From assembly GCA_038887515.1 (NCBI GenBank), contig JAWAKK010000002.1:64001-128000 (forward strand): a stretch of DNA of 64,000 nucleotides, written 5' to 3'. Made by a program: the position numbers and the translations under genes. Origin of the DNA: Candidatus Nezhaarchaeales archaeon (GTDB lineage: Archaea > Thermoproteota > Methanomethylicia > Nezhaarchaeales > WYZ-LMO8). Below, piece after piece: positions 17,914-28,150 of this stretch. How positions within the stretch are numbered: position 1 is the stretch's first letter; the number at the start of each line of letters is the position of its first letter. Under the pieces are notes generated by a model that saw only the letters and a program-made list of their open reading frames with translations, had not been told where the DNA came from and made no database searches.

Positions 17914-17985
17914 TTCATTTCTGGTCTCCTATGGTTAAGTTTATATAGAAGCAGTTTCTTGTAAACTCAGAAAATTGATTATTAG

Positions 17986-19635
17986 GTGATGGCGATGTCT
18001 GTAGCGCTACCCGTTCTAGTCCTCAAGGAAGGTACTACGAGAACCGTGGGGAGGGAAGCTTTAAGGGCCAATATATTGGCTGCAAAAATCATTGCAGAGA
18101 CGGTCAAGAGCTCCTTAGGCCCCAGAGGAATGGATAAGATGTTGGTAAGCAGCTTTGGCGACGTCACTATAACCAATGATGGTGCTACGATATTAAAGGA
18201 AATGGACATACAGCATCCTGCAGCTAAGATGATGGTTGAAGTGGCGAAGGCTCAAGATTCTGAAGTTGGCGACGGCACAACTACGGCCGTCGTCTTGGCA
18301 GGAGAGCTACTAAAGAATGCCGAAGAATTGCTTGACGAGGACATTCATCCAACGATTGTAATTGATGGTTATAGAAAGGCGTTGGAGAAGGCGTTGGAGG
18401 TGCTGGAAACCCTAGCAATCTCAGTAGACCCAACGGATAAGGAGGCGCTGACCAAAGTAGCCTTAACAACACTAAGCGGTAAGGCCTCGGTAGCTGGTTC
18501 AAAGGAGCTATTAGCCAAGTATGCTGTAGAAGCCATACTTAAAGTTGCTCAGAAGAAGGACGGTAGATGGGTTGTCGATATAGACGACGTAAAGGTCGAG
18601 AAGAAACGTGGTGAATCTTTAAACGAAACAATACTTGTTGATGGTTTAGTGATAGACAAGGAAGTAGTTCATCCAGGCATGCCGAAGCTAGTTCGTAACG
18701 CAAAGATAGCGGTCCTAGAAGCCCCACTCGAAATAGAGAAAACCGAGATAACCGCTAAGATCAATATAACGAGCCCAGAACAAATGAAGGCCTTCTTAGA
18801 TGAAGAAGTCAACGTCCTAAAGAAGATGGTTGAAAAGATAGCTTCAGTCGGAGCGAATGTCGTATTTTGCGAGAAGGGCATAGATGATGTTGCCCAGCAC
18901 TTCTTAGCCAAGAAGGGCATAATGGCTGTTAGGAGGGTTAAGAGGTCCGATATCGAGAAGATAGCTAAAGCTACCGGAGCAAGAATAGTGACGAGCATCG
19001 ACGATCTCAGCGAAAGCGACTTAGGTTATGCGGAGGAGGTTGAAGAGGTCAAGGTTGCCGATGAAAAAATGGTGTTCGTTAAGGGTTGCAAGAACCCAAG
19101 AGCAGTCTCGATACTCATTAGAGGAAGTAGCGATATGAGCATAAAAGAGGCGGAGAGGTCGCTTCACGACGCACTATGTGTTGTAAGGAACGTAGTCCAA
19201 GAACCCAAGATACTCCCCGGAGGAGGAGCCCCTGAAATAGCCCTAGCCCTAGCTCTAAGGGACTGGGCTAGGAGTCTCCCAGGTAGGGAACAACTTGCAG
19301 CTATGAAATTTGCCGATGCCTTGGAAGCCATACCGTCAATACTAGCCGAGACCGCCGGTCTAGATCCACTCGACATAATAGTTAAGCTGAGGGCTCATCA
19401 CGAGAAGGGCTTAAAGACGTATGGGGTTAACGTTCTAAAGGGCGAGATAGCGGACATGGCTCAACTGAATGTCTTCGAGCCCCTCGCTGTCAAGAGGCAA
19501 GCCCTCAAATCTGCCACCGAAGCAGCGATAATGGTGTTGAAGATAGACGATGTAATAGCTGCAGCGCCACCAAAGAAAGAGAAGGAAAAAGGAAAAGAGG
19601 GAGAGACGCCTAAACTTGGCGAGGAAGAATTTTGA
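17986..19635 (+). CDS. ths: Thermosome (group II chaperonin) subunit
   Basis: [36 protein letters not shown]. Confidence 0.99.
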   Translation: MMAMSVALPVLVLKEGTTRTVGREALRANILAAKIIAETVKSSLGPRGMDKMLVSSFGDVTITNDGATILKEMDIQHPAAKMMVEVAKAQDSEVGDGTTTAVVLAGELLKNAEELLDEDIHPTIVIDGYRKALEKALEVLETLAISVDPTDKEALTKVALTTLSGKASVAGSKELLAKYAVEAILKVAQKKDGRWVVDIDDVKVEKKRGESLNETILVDGLVIDKEVVHPGMPKLVRNAKIAVLEAPLEIEKTEITAKINITSPEQMKAFLDEEVNVLKKMVEKIASVGANVVFCEKGIDDVAQHFLAKKGIMAVRRVKRSDIEKIAKATGARIVTSIDDLSESDLGYAEEVEEVKVADEKMVFVKGCKNPRAVSILIRGSSDMSIKEAERSLHDALCVVRNVVQEPKILPGGGAPEIALALALRDWARSLPGREQLAAMKFADALEAIPSILAETAGLDPLDIIVKLRAHHEKGLKTYGVNVLKGEIADMAQLNVFEPLAVKRQALKSATEAAIMVLKIDDVIAAAPPKKEKEKGKEGETPKLGEEEF

Positions 19636-19904
19636 CGCCCAAAAGTACTAAAAGGATAAAGGCTGAAGAAGTTAAGGTATGGTTACCAAGGCTTACGAAG
19701 TACGAGCGCGCCAGAATAATCGGTGCAAGAGCGCTGCAGATTGCTATGGGTGCGCCGGTACTCATAGACCTCTCTTCAATTCCCGAAAAGGACCCCGTAA
19801 AGATAGCGATGAAGGAGTTGGAGCTTGGCGTCCTACCAATAACAATAAGAAGAAAGCTACCGAGCGGGCATTATCAGGACATACCCCTAAAATGGCTTCT
19901 TTAA
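19632..19904 (+). CDS. rpoK: RNA polymerase subunit Rpo6 (K)
   Basis: [22 protein letters not shown]; LP.TIRR.LP. Confidence 0.97.
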   Translation: MTPKSTKRIKAEEVKVWLPRLTKYERARIIGARALQIAMGAPVLIDLSSIPEKDPVKIAMKELELGVLPITIRRKLPSGHYQDIPLKWLL

Positions 19905-19957
19905 CCATCTATACATAAATTCATATCTTTCTTTTAGGGAAAGTAGTAGAGAAGAGC

Positions 19958-21004
19958 TTAGACAGTTATTTTCTCGCGATGCCTAATTATTAGTGACGCT
20001 ACTTTTTGCGGCGGTAGTTCTGCGAGCTTTGAAAGCAGTATGGCCCTTACGTCTTTGAGTTCTACGTACTTCAAATTTATGTAGGCATAAAACAGACCGA
20101 GCGTAAATGGGTAGTGCAGGAAGACTGTCTCATTCTCCTTGACCCAAAGCGACTGTAAAGCCCTTTCAATCTCTATAGCGTCCTTGGCTAGAGAGGATAA
20201 AGCCTTTCCATAGTAAGTTGAGGACAATACTTGAAGTATTGAAGCTAGCGACTGTGAGGTTAGGTCTTTCAGGTTAAATGGGAGTTTATAGCAGAAGGGG
20301 AGCAACATTTTTTCGATTACTGATGGCTGAAGCCCTAAAGCCTTCCCTCGCACTAAAACTAGTATATTCTTTATGTCCGCTTCGACGCCTAGAAGGTGTG
20401 CTACCCATTTACGATCTATCATTTTTAGTTTGCCAGCTAGCTTCCAAAGCTTCGTGAACAGTAAGTTATCTACGGCTGTTTCGAATGGAAGAGGGTTCTT
20501 AAGGGCTTCCGCTTGTTTTGACGCCTCTTTTAGGGGCAGCTTTAGTTCAACATCCGGGATCAGATCTATTGCTTGATCAACACCCTTAGTAGATAATAGA
20601 GAAGCATAGAGTGGGCCAGAATATCTTCCTAGCGGTGGCGCTACTAATGATATTTCACCTTCAGATAAACCCAAGAACTTTGCTTTGAGTAGTGCCTTAA
20701 GGGTCTCGTACTCGTACTTATTGAAAGTAGTTTCAAGAAATGCTCTCGAATTACCTTTTAAAGTCTTGATTAGGACTTGAAATATCTCTGCGAACTTGTT
20801 AAGCAGGTGCCGCTCGATGTCATGGGGGGATTCTGTTTGAGGAATTTCTCTTGCAAGGTCGCTAACCGATCGAAGATGGGTTAGCGCTTGATGGATCGTG
20901 GGGGCCCTGAGTAAGGCTTCGTAGTCATCAGGCTTTAACATGAAGGCTCTCTTAGCCCTTAATCTTGCGACACCGTAGGCGTACTCGGAAACGCTCATCA
21001 TCAA
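19958..21004 (-). CDS. atpC: A/V-type ATP synthase subunit C
   Basis: YAY..AR.RA, D..N...L.R.K, L..T.YG and E....R.I pattern of vATP-synt_AC39. Confidence 0.85.
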   Translation of the reverse strand: MMMSVSEYAYGVARLRAKRAFMLKPDDYEALLRAPTIHQALTHLRSVSDLAREIPQTESPHDIERHLLNKFAEIFQVLIKTLKGNSRAFLETTFNKYEYETLKALLKAKFLGLSEGEISLVAPPLGRYSGPLYASLLSTKGVDQAIDLIPDVELKLPLKEASKQAEALKNPLPFETAVDNLLFTKLWKLAGKLKMIDRKWVAHLLGVEADIKNILVLVRGKALGLQPSVIEKMLLPFCYKLPFNLKDLTSQSLASILQVLSSTYYGKALSSLAKDAIEIERALQSLWVKENETVFLHYPFTLGLFYAYINLKYVELKDVRAILLSKLAELPPQKVASLIIRHREKITV

Positions 21005-21037
21005 ACCTCCGATAGTCTAAACAATTAGATTATAGCT

Positions 21038-21904
21038 TTAGTTGTCCGATAAGTTTAATGCTTTTATGAGGTCCACTATACCTACACGTTCCTTTGCGCT
21101 CGTGAGCACGATCTTCGCCCTCGGATTGATTTCCCTAACATCACCTATTAACGACTGTACGTCCACGTTAAATATCTTCGCCACATCTATCTTGTTTATA
21201 ACTACTACATCGACGTCCTTAAATGAAAGCGGATGTTTAACCACCATGTCCTCTCCTTCGCTAACGCTGACGACCACCACTCTCTTATGCGCTCCTAATG
21301 GAAAGTCTGCAGGACAAATTAAGTTGCCAACGTTCTCTATGAATAGAAGGTCTATGTTTTTAAGATCTAGGAGCTGAAGAGCTCTCCGCACCAACTGAGA
21401 GTCGAGGTGGCATTCTTTTCCTGTGTTTATTTGGATAGCCTTTGCTCCGTGCCTAGATATCCTCTCTGCGTCTATCGAAGTAGCTACGTCGCCGACTATC
21501 ACCGCTATCCTGTACCTGTCTTTTAACGAGTCTATGAGAGCTTCTATTATTGAAGTTTTCCCTGCGCCCAGGGAGCCCATGAAGTCTATGGCTTTAACCC
21601 CATACTGGTCCAAGAGCTTTCTATTCTCAAGAGCTAATTTTCTATTGAGGGCTAAGAGATCCTGTTCGACCTCAATGTCCATGATTTCTCCTTGTGTTGG
21701 CTTTATCGGTTCGCTTTCTATGACGGATAGATTCTCCAAAGTCGATATCGCCCTACTTATGAAGAAGAGAGCGACGTCCAACCTAGAAGCTAGGGGGAGA
21801 CCTTTCGAAACTGCAAGCTCCTTTATTAATGAAACTTTCTTGGAGGCTTCATTTAAAGAGTTCTTGACACTCTCTATAGATTCTGAGACGTCATTGATGT
21901 ACAT
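21038..21904 (-). CDS. hypB: Hydrogenase nickel-incorporation GTPase with N-terminal helical extension
   Basis: GS.GAGKT, GD, TGKECHLD, ENVGNLICP, EG.D...KHP, NKID. Confidence 0.93.
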   Translation of the reverse strand: MYINDVSESIESVKNSLNEASKKVSLIKELAVSKGLPLASRLDVALFFISRAISTLENLSVIESEPIKPTQGEIMDIEVEQDLLALNRKLALENRKLLDQYGVKAIDFMGSLGAGKTSIIEALIDSLKDRYRIAVIVGDVATSIDAERISRHGAKAIQINTGKECHLDSQLVRRALQLLDLKNIDLLFIENVGNLICPADFPLGAHKRVVVVSVSEGEDMVVKHPLSFKDVDVVVINKIDVAKIFNVDVQSLIGDVREINPRAKIVLTSAKERVGIVDLIKALNLSDN

Positions 21905-21914
21905 GTAGCATCAC

Positions 21915-23150
21915 TTAGACGTCAATTAGCTTAACTTTAACTGTAGAGCCCTCCTCTACAAAGTTTACGTCTTCTGGTATCTCGATGTACCCGTCTGCTT
22001 CGACAAACGTAGTTGTAGCTTCTGAGCCCTTAAGTATTGGTTGAGCTAAAACCTTGTCGCCTACGTTTATCAGCTTGACGTACACGATTTCCCTCCTACC
22101 CTCAAGATTCAATAGTTTGCGGGTAAGTACAGCGTTTATGGTAAGTTCCCTCTGTTCGGCGCCGAAAATGCACTTTAGGATCCAAGGTTTAATTAGAACT
22201 TCAAGAACCGTAAATGCTGATGTAGGGTTCCCAGGAAGCCCAATTACAGGTTTCCCCTCTATTACTGCTATGATCGTCGGCTTACCAGGCTTCAAGGAGA
22301 TGCCGTGAAATAGTATTTTGCCCATCCTCTCTTTTAGTATTTCAATTAAAGTATTATGTAATAGATCTCCTTCTCCTTTTGATGTACCCCCTGAAATGAA
22401 TATGAGGTCACTATTCTTTAAGGATTCAATCACTGCTTTTTTTAAGGTCTCGACCGCATCATCCAATATTCCTAAGATTTCAGGTTCTAAGCCCAACTGC
22501 CCAATTAAGTAGGAGTATATCATGTAGTTGTTGATGTCGTAGATCTTACCCTCTACAAGAGACTTGCCCACTTCGACAAGCTCCGGGCCTGTCGATATAA
22601 TCATGGCCTTAGGTCTCTCGTATACCTTGACGTTGCCGCGACCGATGGCTGCCAGAAGCGCTATCTCCCCTACACCTATTCGTGTACCCCTTCTCAGCAC
22701 CAGTAAGTGTTTGGGAATGTCGGAACCGCGGCGTACTACGTTCTCGCTGGGTGGAACCGCTTTGTATATGTACACCGTACCACCTTCTCGGTACGTGTTT
22801 TCAACCATCACTACAGCGTCCGATCCTTCTGGTAGGGGGGCCCCTGTAGGTATGTACGCACATTCATTGTCAAGTATTCGAAAGCGGGGAATTTCACCTA
22901 TCTTTACATAACCTTTCAGCCTAAGTTTTACAGGATTACTTTCCGAAGCAGTGAAGGTGTCCTTTGCCCTTACTGCATAGCCATCTCTACTACTCTTATC
23001 GAAAGGCGGTAACTCTATGTCGCTTACAACGTCCTCTGCTAAGAACCTTCCGATAGACTTCAATATGCTTACATCTTCTATACGAAGTGGAACCTTGACA
23101 CCTTCAAGTCTTTGAAGTGCCTCCTCTAATGTTATGAGCTTCAAAGTCAC
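21915..23150 (-). CDS. moeA: Molybdopterin molybdo/tungstotransferase
   Basis: PPFD.S..DGYA, TGA.LP.G.DAVVM.E, GG.S.G, KPGKP, LPGNP. Confidence 0.95.
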   Translation of the reverse strand: MTLKLITLEEALQRLEGVKVPLRIEDVSILKSIGRFLAEDVVSDIELPPFDKSSRDGYAVRAKDTFTASESNPVKLRLKGYVKIGEIPRFRILDNECAYIPTGAPLPEGSDAVVMVENTYREGGTVYIYKAVPPSENVVRRGSDIPKHLLVLRRGTRIGVGEIALLAAIGRGNVKVYERPKAMIISTGPELVEVGKSLVEGKIYDINNYMIYSYLIGQLGLEPEILGILDDAVETLKKAVIESLKNSDLIFISGGTSKGEGDLLHNTLIEILKERMGKILFHGISLKPGKPTIIAVIEGKPVIGLPGNPTSAFTVLEVLIKPWILKCIFGAEQRELTINAVLTRKLLNLEGRREIVYVKLINVGDKVLAQPILKGSEATTTFVEADGYIEIPEDVNFVEEGSTVKVKLIDV

Positions 23151-24376
23151 GTCACCAACAGGTGAACTTCCACCTCTTCGCCTTCATTCAAAGAGTCTAC
23201 ATCCTCTGGTACTACTATGTATCCTTGAGCGCCGCATAGAGATGAAATTATGCTAGATCCTCCACTAGCTATTGGTTCAGCCTCTAACTCGCCGTTGGAC
23301 TCCCTTAGCTGAACTCTAACATAAACTCTCCTTCCAACTTCAGCCGGTATCCTCCTCTTTAATCGAGCTTTAACTTTGCATTTAATTGTCCTCTTTAAAT
23401 TGTACATGCGCTCTATGAGTGGTGCAACTATCTCTATAAAGGAGAAGAAGCAGGCTACAGGGGGCCCAGGTAGGCAGAAAACTGGCTTACCTTTTACATT
23501 AAAAGCTGCAACGGGCATCCCAGGCTTCATTGCTACGCCATGGAAAAGCACATCTCCTTCTCTTGATAGCGTACGAGGTATTATATCCGTAGGTCCTACC
23601 GATGAACCTCCGATGAATATTATGACGTCAGAGCTCTTGAGACCATACCGGAGAGCTCCAAGTACTTCTACATCTGAGGAAGGGATGGGCGACTTAGGAT
23701 AGATGAGTGGGTGAGAGAAGAACTTCTTTACTAGCCCGTATACTATGTAGCTTGAAGAGTCGTATATAGCATAATTGCTTAAATGGTCTCCAGGTCTTAT
23801 GACCTCTTCTCCACTGCTTACTATCAAAACCTTTATCCTTTCGTAGACTGGGATTTTCGTTAACCCGCAAGAGGCAGCGATTCCCATGTGCTGAGGGGTA
23901 ATAACCTCGCCTCTCTCGACTATGACGTCGCCCTTCTTCACGTCCTCGCCTTTAACTGATACGTTTTTTAGTGGTGGTATAGGCTCTTCGACTTCGATGA
24001 AGCCATTGCGCTCTAAAGCCGCTTCCAACATCACGACCGAGTCGAAGCCTTCAGGTATAGGTTGTCCAGTCGTCACCCTAATTGCGATAGGTTCCTGAAC
24101 GTTCCCTAATGATGCCTCATACTCTTTCATAACCCTAAACTTCTTGGGGTTAGAGCGAGAGGCACTAAAAGTCATCTCGGCTTTAATGGCGAAGCCGTCA
24201 ACAGCTGATCTATTAAAAGGAGGCACATCTATTGGTGCTACTACGTCAGATGATGCAATCCTTCCGTAAGATAGTTCTAGTGGCAAGTTCACGCTCGATG
24301 GTTCTAAGTTCTTAAAGCTCTCCAACAAAATTGACACAGCTTCAGGGACTCTTATAAGTTTCTTAAAGCCTCGCAT
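23147..24376 (-). CDS. moeA: Molybdopterin molybdo/tungstotransferase, second paralog
   Basis: PPF.RSAVDGFA, GGSSVG..D, KPG.P, LPG.P. Confidence 0.95.
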   Translation of the reverse strand: MRGFKKLIRVPEAVSILLESFKNLEPSSVNLPLELSYGRIASSDVVAPIDVPPFNRSAVDGFAIKAEMTFSASRSNPKKFRVMKEYEASLGNVQEPIAIRVTTGQPIPEGFDSVVMLEAALERNGFIEVEEPIPPLKNVSVKGEDVKKGDVIVERGEVITPQHMGIAASCGLTKIPVYERIKVLIVSSGEEVIRPGDHLSNYAIYDSSSYIVYGLVKKFFSHPLIYPKSPIPSSDVEVLGALRYGLKSSDVIIFIGGSSVGPTDIIPRTLSREGDVLFHGVAMKPGMPVAAFNVKGKPVFCLPGPPVACFFSFIEIVAPLIERMYNLKRTIKCKVKARLKRRIPAEVGRRVYVRVQLRESNGELEAEPIASGGSSIISSLCGAQGYIVVPEDVDSLNEGEEVEVHLLVT

Positions 24377-24438
24377 GCTTATACCCTGTCGAGACTTCTA
24401 AAGTTTAAATAAACTTGTTATAAATAAAGTACCTACTT

Positions 24439-24990
24439 ATGAAAATAATTGTTGCAATAACTGGCGCTAGTGGAGTAGTATATGGCGTAAGGTTAATAGA
24501 AGAGCTTCACAAAAGAGGGCACGAAGTTCACGTAATAGTTACTAAAGCTGGGGGCTTAGTTTTAAAGCATGAAGTAGGGATCGACTTGCAGGGACTTAAG
24601 GACTTCTGCCGTAAAATTTACAGTGAAGGGGAAATAGAGGCCCCTATGTCGAGCGGTTCATCTCGCTTCGACGCAATGGTGATAGCTCCTTGTAGCATGA
24701 AAACCCTCGCCTCAATAGCAAGCGGAATTTCTAGCAACCTCGTCACGAGGGCCGCAGACGTTATTTTAAAGGAAAGAAAGAAACTGATACTAATTATAAG
24801 GGAAACCCCCCTTAATAGGGTCCACATATTAAATATGTTGAGGGTAAACGACATGGGGGGTATTGTTCTTCCAGCATGCCCGGCTTTCTACCACAAGCCT
24901 ACACGCATCGACGACCTTGTTAACTATGTAGTTGGAAAGACTTTAGACCAACTTGGATTAGAGCACGACTTATTCTCACGGTGGGGTTGA
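24439..24990 (+). CDS. ubiX: Flavin prenyltransferase
   Basis: TGASG..YG, SSGS, PCSMKTL, RAADV.LKE, RETP, P.FYH.P. Confidence 0.96.
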   Translation: MKIIVAITGASGVVYGVRLIEELHKRGHEVHVIVTKAGGLVLKHEVGIDLQGLKDFCRKIYSEGEIEAPMSSGSSRFDAMVIAPCSMKTLASIASGISSNLVTRAADVILKERKKLILIIRETPLNRVHILNMLRVNDMGGIVLPACPAFYHKPTRIDDLVNYVVGKTLDQLGLEHDLFSRWG

Positions 24991-25098
24991 ACGTGACAGT
25001 AACATTTTTTCAGTACTGCCTAAGGATCCGCCAATATTTTAAATCCTTCTCGTCAGTAAGAGATCTACTTGAAACTGTTGTGAGGGGCTCATTTAATT

Positions 25099-25356
25099 AT
25101 GGCTAGAGTTAAGCTATACGTTTCTCCTCAATGCCCTCGATGTGAAGTACTTAAGAAGGCTCTAAGTGAGATGGGAGTGGACTACGAAGTGCTCGACGTA
25201 TCAAGGAGCGACGTAATGGCCGACTTGATAATGAAAGACGTATTCTTGACGGAGACCCCCGGACTTGAGGTCGACGGCAAGTTCTTCTACGCAGTGGATC
25301 TCTTTAATGGTGATAAGTTACTCCTTGATAAGTTGCGTAAAGTAGTTAGGGGATGA
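25099..25356 (+). CDS. Glutaredoxin/NrdH-like redoxin
   Basis: CPRC, TP.L.VDG; ends 3 bp before nrdD. Confidence 0.85.
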   Translation: MARVKLYVSPQCPRCEVLKKALSEMGVDYEVLDVSRSDVMADLIMKDVFLTETPGLEVDGKFFYAVDLFNGDKLLLDKLRKVVRG

Positions 25357-25359
25357 TTT

Positions 25360-27642
25360 ATGGCGTCAAGGAGGAACAATAAGAAGCCAAATTTTATGTC
25401 CAAGCAAGCTTCTCTCGAAGCATGGCTTAAAGCAGTCTCGCACTACGTTGCTGGTAAGCCCCTAGTTAGGACAACTGATGGATACATGGTTCCTTGGAAT
25501 AGAGGTGCAATAGTTAAGCAATTATTAAGAGAAACTAAGTTGGCTGAAGAGTTCTTCGATATCCCGCCCATGAGCACTGAAGAGGCTGAAGAAATAGCTC
25601 GTGAAGTCGAGAAGAAAATCCTTGAAATGAAAGCAAAATTCGTTAGTGGAGCCTTAATAAGGGAACTTGTCAACAACGTTTTACTCGAAAAATCAGAAAA
25701 TCACCCTGAATACATCATATACAGAAACATCCTAACTAGGGTAGGCGCTCCAGTCTACGACGCTTACCTCATAGATTTGGGTCTCGGTTTTGAGGCTAAA
25801 GAAAATGCTAACCTACAACCTAACGCCGAGACTGCGCATAAGAAAAAAGCTGATAAATTATCTAAAGAAGAGTACTTATTGCTCTTACATCCGAAGGTCG
25901 GCGACGCTCACCTCAAAGGCGACATTCATATACACGATCTCGAGTACTTCGGCGTAAGACCGTTTTGCCAGGACTGGGACCTTAGATACTTCTTCTATTA
26001 CGGGCTTATGCCCGATGGTACTGGCTTTAAGACGAGCGTTGCTGGTCCAGCTATGCACCCCGAAGTGGCAATACTTCACAGTGTGAAAGTGCTTGCAGCG
26101 GCTCAAACGAACTTTGCTGGGGGGCAAGGATTCTACAACTACAACGTCTTCATAGCCCCCTTCTTGAGGGGCTTAAGCTATAAACAGATTAAACAGCTCG
26201 CGCAAATGATGTTTTACGAGCTAACGCAAGCCTATGTAGCTAGAGGAGGGCAATTAGTCTTTTCAAACATTCAGCTAACGCCGACAGTCCCTGAAATCTG
26301 GAAGGACAAGCCTGTAGTCCTACGAGGTATGGTGGGGCCAGAGACTTACGGAGACTACGAGGAGGAAGCTAGGTTATTCTTTAAAGCGATATATGAAATA
26401 GCGTTAAAGGGGGACTATTGGGGTAAACCCTTCAATTTTCCAAAGCTAGAGGGCTACCTTACACCTGAGAGCCTTAAAGATGAGTTCTATGAAGAGTGGC
26501 TTTTAGTTCACAAGGTAGTTGCCAAATATGGGACCCCTTACTTTGACAATGCGATCCCGCCCTATCGAGGATATGGGAAAGGCGTTTCATGCTATCAATG
26601 TTGTGCTTACACGTTTACCGAGACCCCTGAAACGGACCCAGAATTCTACGATAAGATGAACTTTGTTGATGGAAAGCACTTCAGCATGGGTGCATGGCAG
26701 GTAGTAACTGTAAACCTACCTAGGCTCGCTTATCAAGCTAATGGAGACGACGACAAGTTATTGGAAAAAGCCTTCGAAATTATGGATCTATGCATAGAAG
26801 TGTTTAAGGCTAAAAAAAGATGGATGGACAACATGATCCAATACAATAAACTCCCCTTCGCCACTCAAAGACCTTTCGACCTCAGGACTGGTAGAAGGGG
26901 ACCTCCAGCAGTAGACTTCGACGAACTCGTATATACCATAGGCATAGTTGGCGGAAATGAGATGGCGCAGTGGCATACAGGATATCAGCTACACGAACAT
27001 GAAACAGCCGTAAGGCTACTAGTTAAGGTGCTCATAGAGATGAAGAAATACAAGGACGAACTTGAAAGGAAGCACGATGTAAAGCTAGCCCTCGCTAGAA
27101 CTCCGGCTGAAAGTTGTGCCCAACGCTTAGCGGTTAGCGATTTATTATCGCCCCAATATAGAGATAAAGCCCTACGCGTTGTCAAGGGTGATGTGGAGAC
27201 CGCACTGAAACTACTGAAAGAAGGGATTAGAGATGTTCCAATATACTACACAAATGGAACCCATATCTATGTAGGTGCTCCAGTAACCTTAGCAGAGAAA
27301 ATGAGCATAGAACATAAGTTCTTCCCGCTATTAAGTGGAGGTAACATATTCCACGTATGGATGGGAGAAGCATATCCAGACCCAGAGGCTCTACTCAAGC
27401 TTTCATGGAAGATAGCTTTGAATACGCAGATAGGTTACTTCGCCTATACTAAGGATCTAACGATATGTGAAGACTGCGCTAGTGTAAGTGGAGGGCTCCT
27501 CGATGTTTGCCCTCAATGTAACTCACCTAATGTTAGGTATTGGAGCAGGGTAACCGGGTACTACCAGGAAGTCTCTGGATGGAATGAAGCTAAAAAAAGA
27601 GAGCTGAGAGACAGGCATAGAATCGGTATTTTATCGATTTAA
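25360..27642 (+). CDS. nrdD: Anaerobic (class III) ribonucleoside-triphosphate reductase
   Basis: ATP-cone, H..GDIHIHDL, QT...GGQ, FP, YQCC, TPAES, YTN, CxxC/CPxC, glycyl loop RVTGY. Confidence 0.97.
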   Translation: MASRRNNKKPNFMSKQASLEAWLKAVSHYVAGKPLVRTTDGYMVPWNRGAIVKQLLRETKLAEEFFDIPPMSTEEAEEIAREVEKKILEMKAKFVSGALIRELVNNVLLEKSENHPEYIIYRNILTRVGAPVYDAYLIDLGLGFEAKENANLQPNAETAHKKKADKLSKEEYLLLLHPKVGDAHLKGDIHIHDLEYFGVRPFCQDWDLRYFFYYGLMPDGTGFKTSVAGPAMHPEVAILHSVKVLAAAQTNFAGGQGFYNYNVFIAPFLRGLSYKQIKQLAQMMFYELTQAYVARGGQLVFSNIQLTPTVPEIWKDKPVVLRGMVGPETYGDYEEEARLFFKAIYEIALKGDYWGKPFNFPKLEGYLTPESLKDEFYEEWLLVHKVVAKYGTPYFDNAIPPYRGYGKGVSCYQCCAYTFTETPETDPEFYDKMNFVDGKHFSMGAWQVVTVNLPRLAYQANGDDDKLLEKAFEIMDLCIEVFKAKKRWMDNMIQYNKLPFATQRPFDLRTGRRGPPAVDFDELVYTIGIVGGNEMAQWHTGYQLHEHETAVRLLVKVLIEMKKYKDELERKHDVKLALARTPAESCAQRLAVSDLLSPQYRDKALRVVKGDVETALKLLKEGIRDVPIYYTNGTHIYVGAPVTLAEKMSIEHKFFPLLSGGNIFHVWMGEAYPDPEALLKLSWKIALNTQIGYFAYTKDLTICEDCASVSGGLLDVCPQCNSPNVRYWSRVTGYYQEVSGWNEAKKRELRDRHRIGILSI

Positions 27643-27653
27643 CAAAACTTCCT

Positions 27654-28055
27654 TTACTCCATGTACTTCATTATTAAGTGTTCTATGCGTCTTTCAGGCA
27701 CTAAGCCAACTACGCGCTCCATTTCGTTACCGTTTACGAACAATACTAGCGTTGGTATTGCCATTATCTCAAACTCCTCGGCGAGGTCTGGACACTCATC
27801 GACGTTGACCTTGGCGAAGATTACTTTGCCTGAATATTTTTCAGCTAACTTATCAATTATCGGAGATAAAAGACGGCAGGGTGCACACCACTCAGCCCAG
27901 AAGTCAACGAGCACGGGTCTAGCTTCGCTCCTTATGAGATCTTTAAAGGTTGCGGAGTTTAAGTGTAAAACTTTGCCTTCATGAGCTTTTTTCTCTAAAA
28001 ATTTCATTTTTTCCTCTTTTATCCTCTCAAGCTCTTCGTCGAATTCGTAATTCAT
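27654..28055 (-). CDS. trxA: Thioredoxin
   Basis: VDFWAEWCAPC, KVNVD, IPT. Confidence 0.96.
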   Translation of the reverse strand: MNYEFDEELERIKEEKMKFLEKKAHEGKVLHLNSATFKDLIRSEARPVLVDFWAEWCAPCRLLSPIIDKLAEKYSGKVIFAKVNVDECPDLAEEFEIMAIPTLVLFVNGNEMERVVGLVPERRIEHLIMKYME

Positions 28056-28150
28056 TTTTTCTCCATGGGAGGAGTCGTGGAACTCATTATTCAGTTTTTC
28101 GCAGGATTTATTATTGAAGAAGGGGTTGCTCTTATGGGGGTTTAAGAGGC

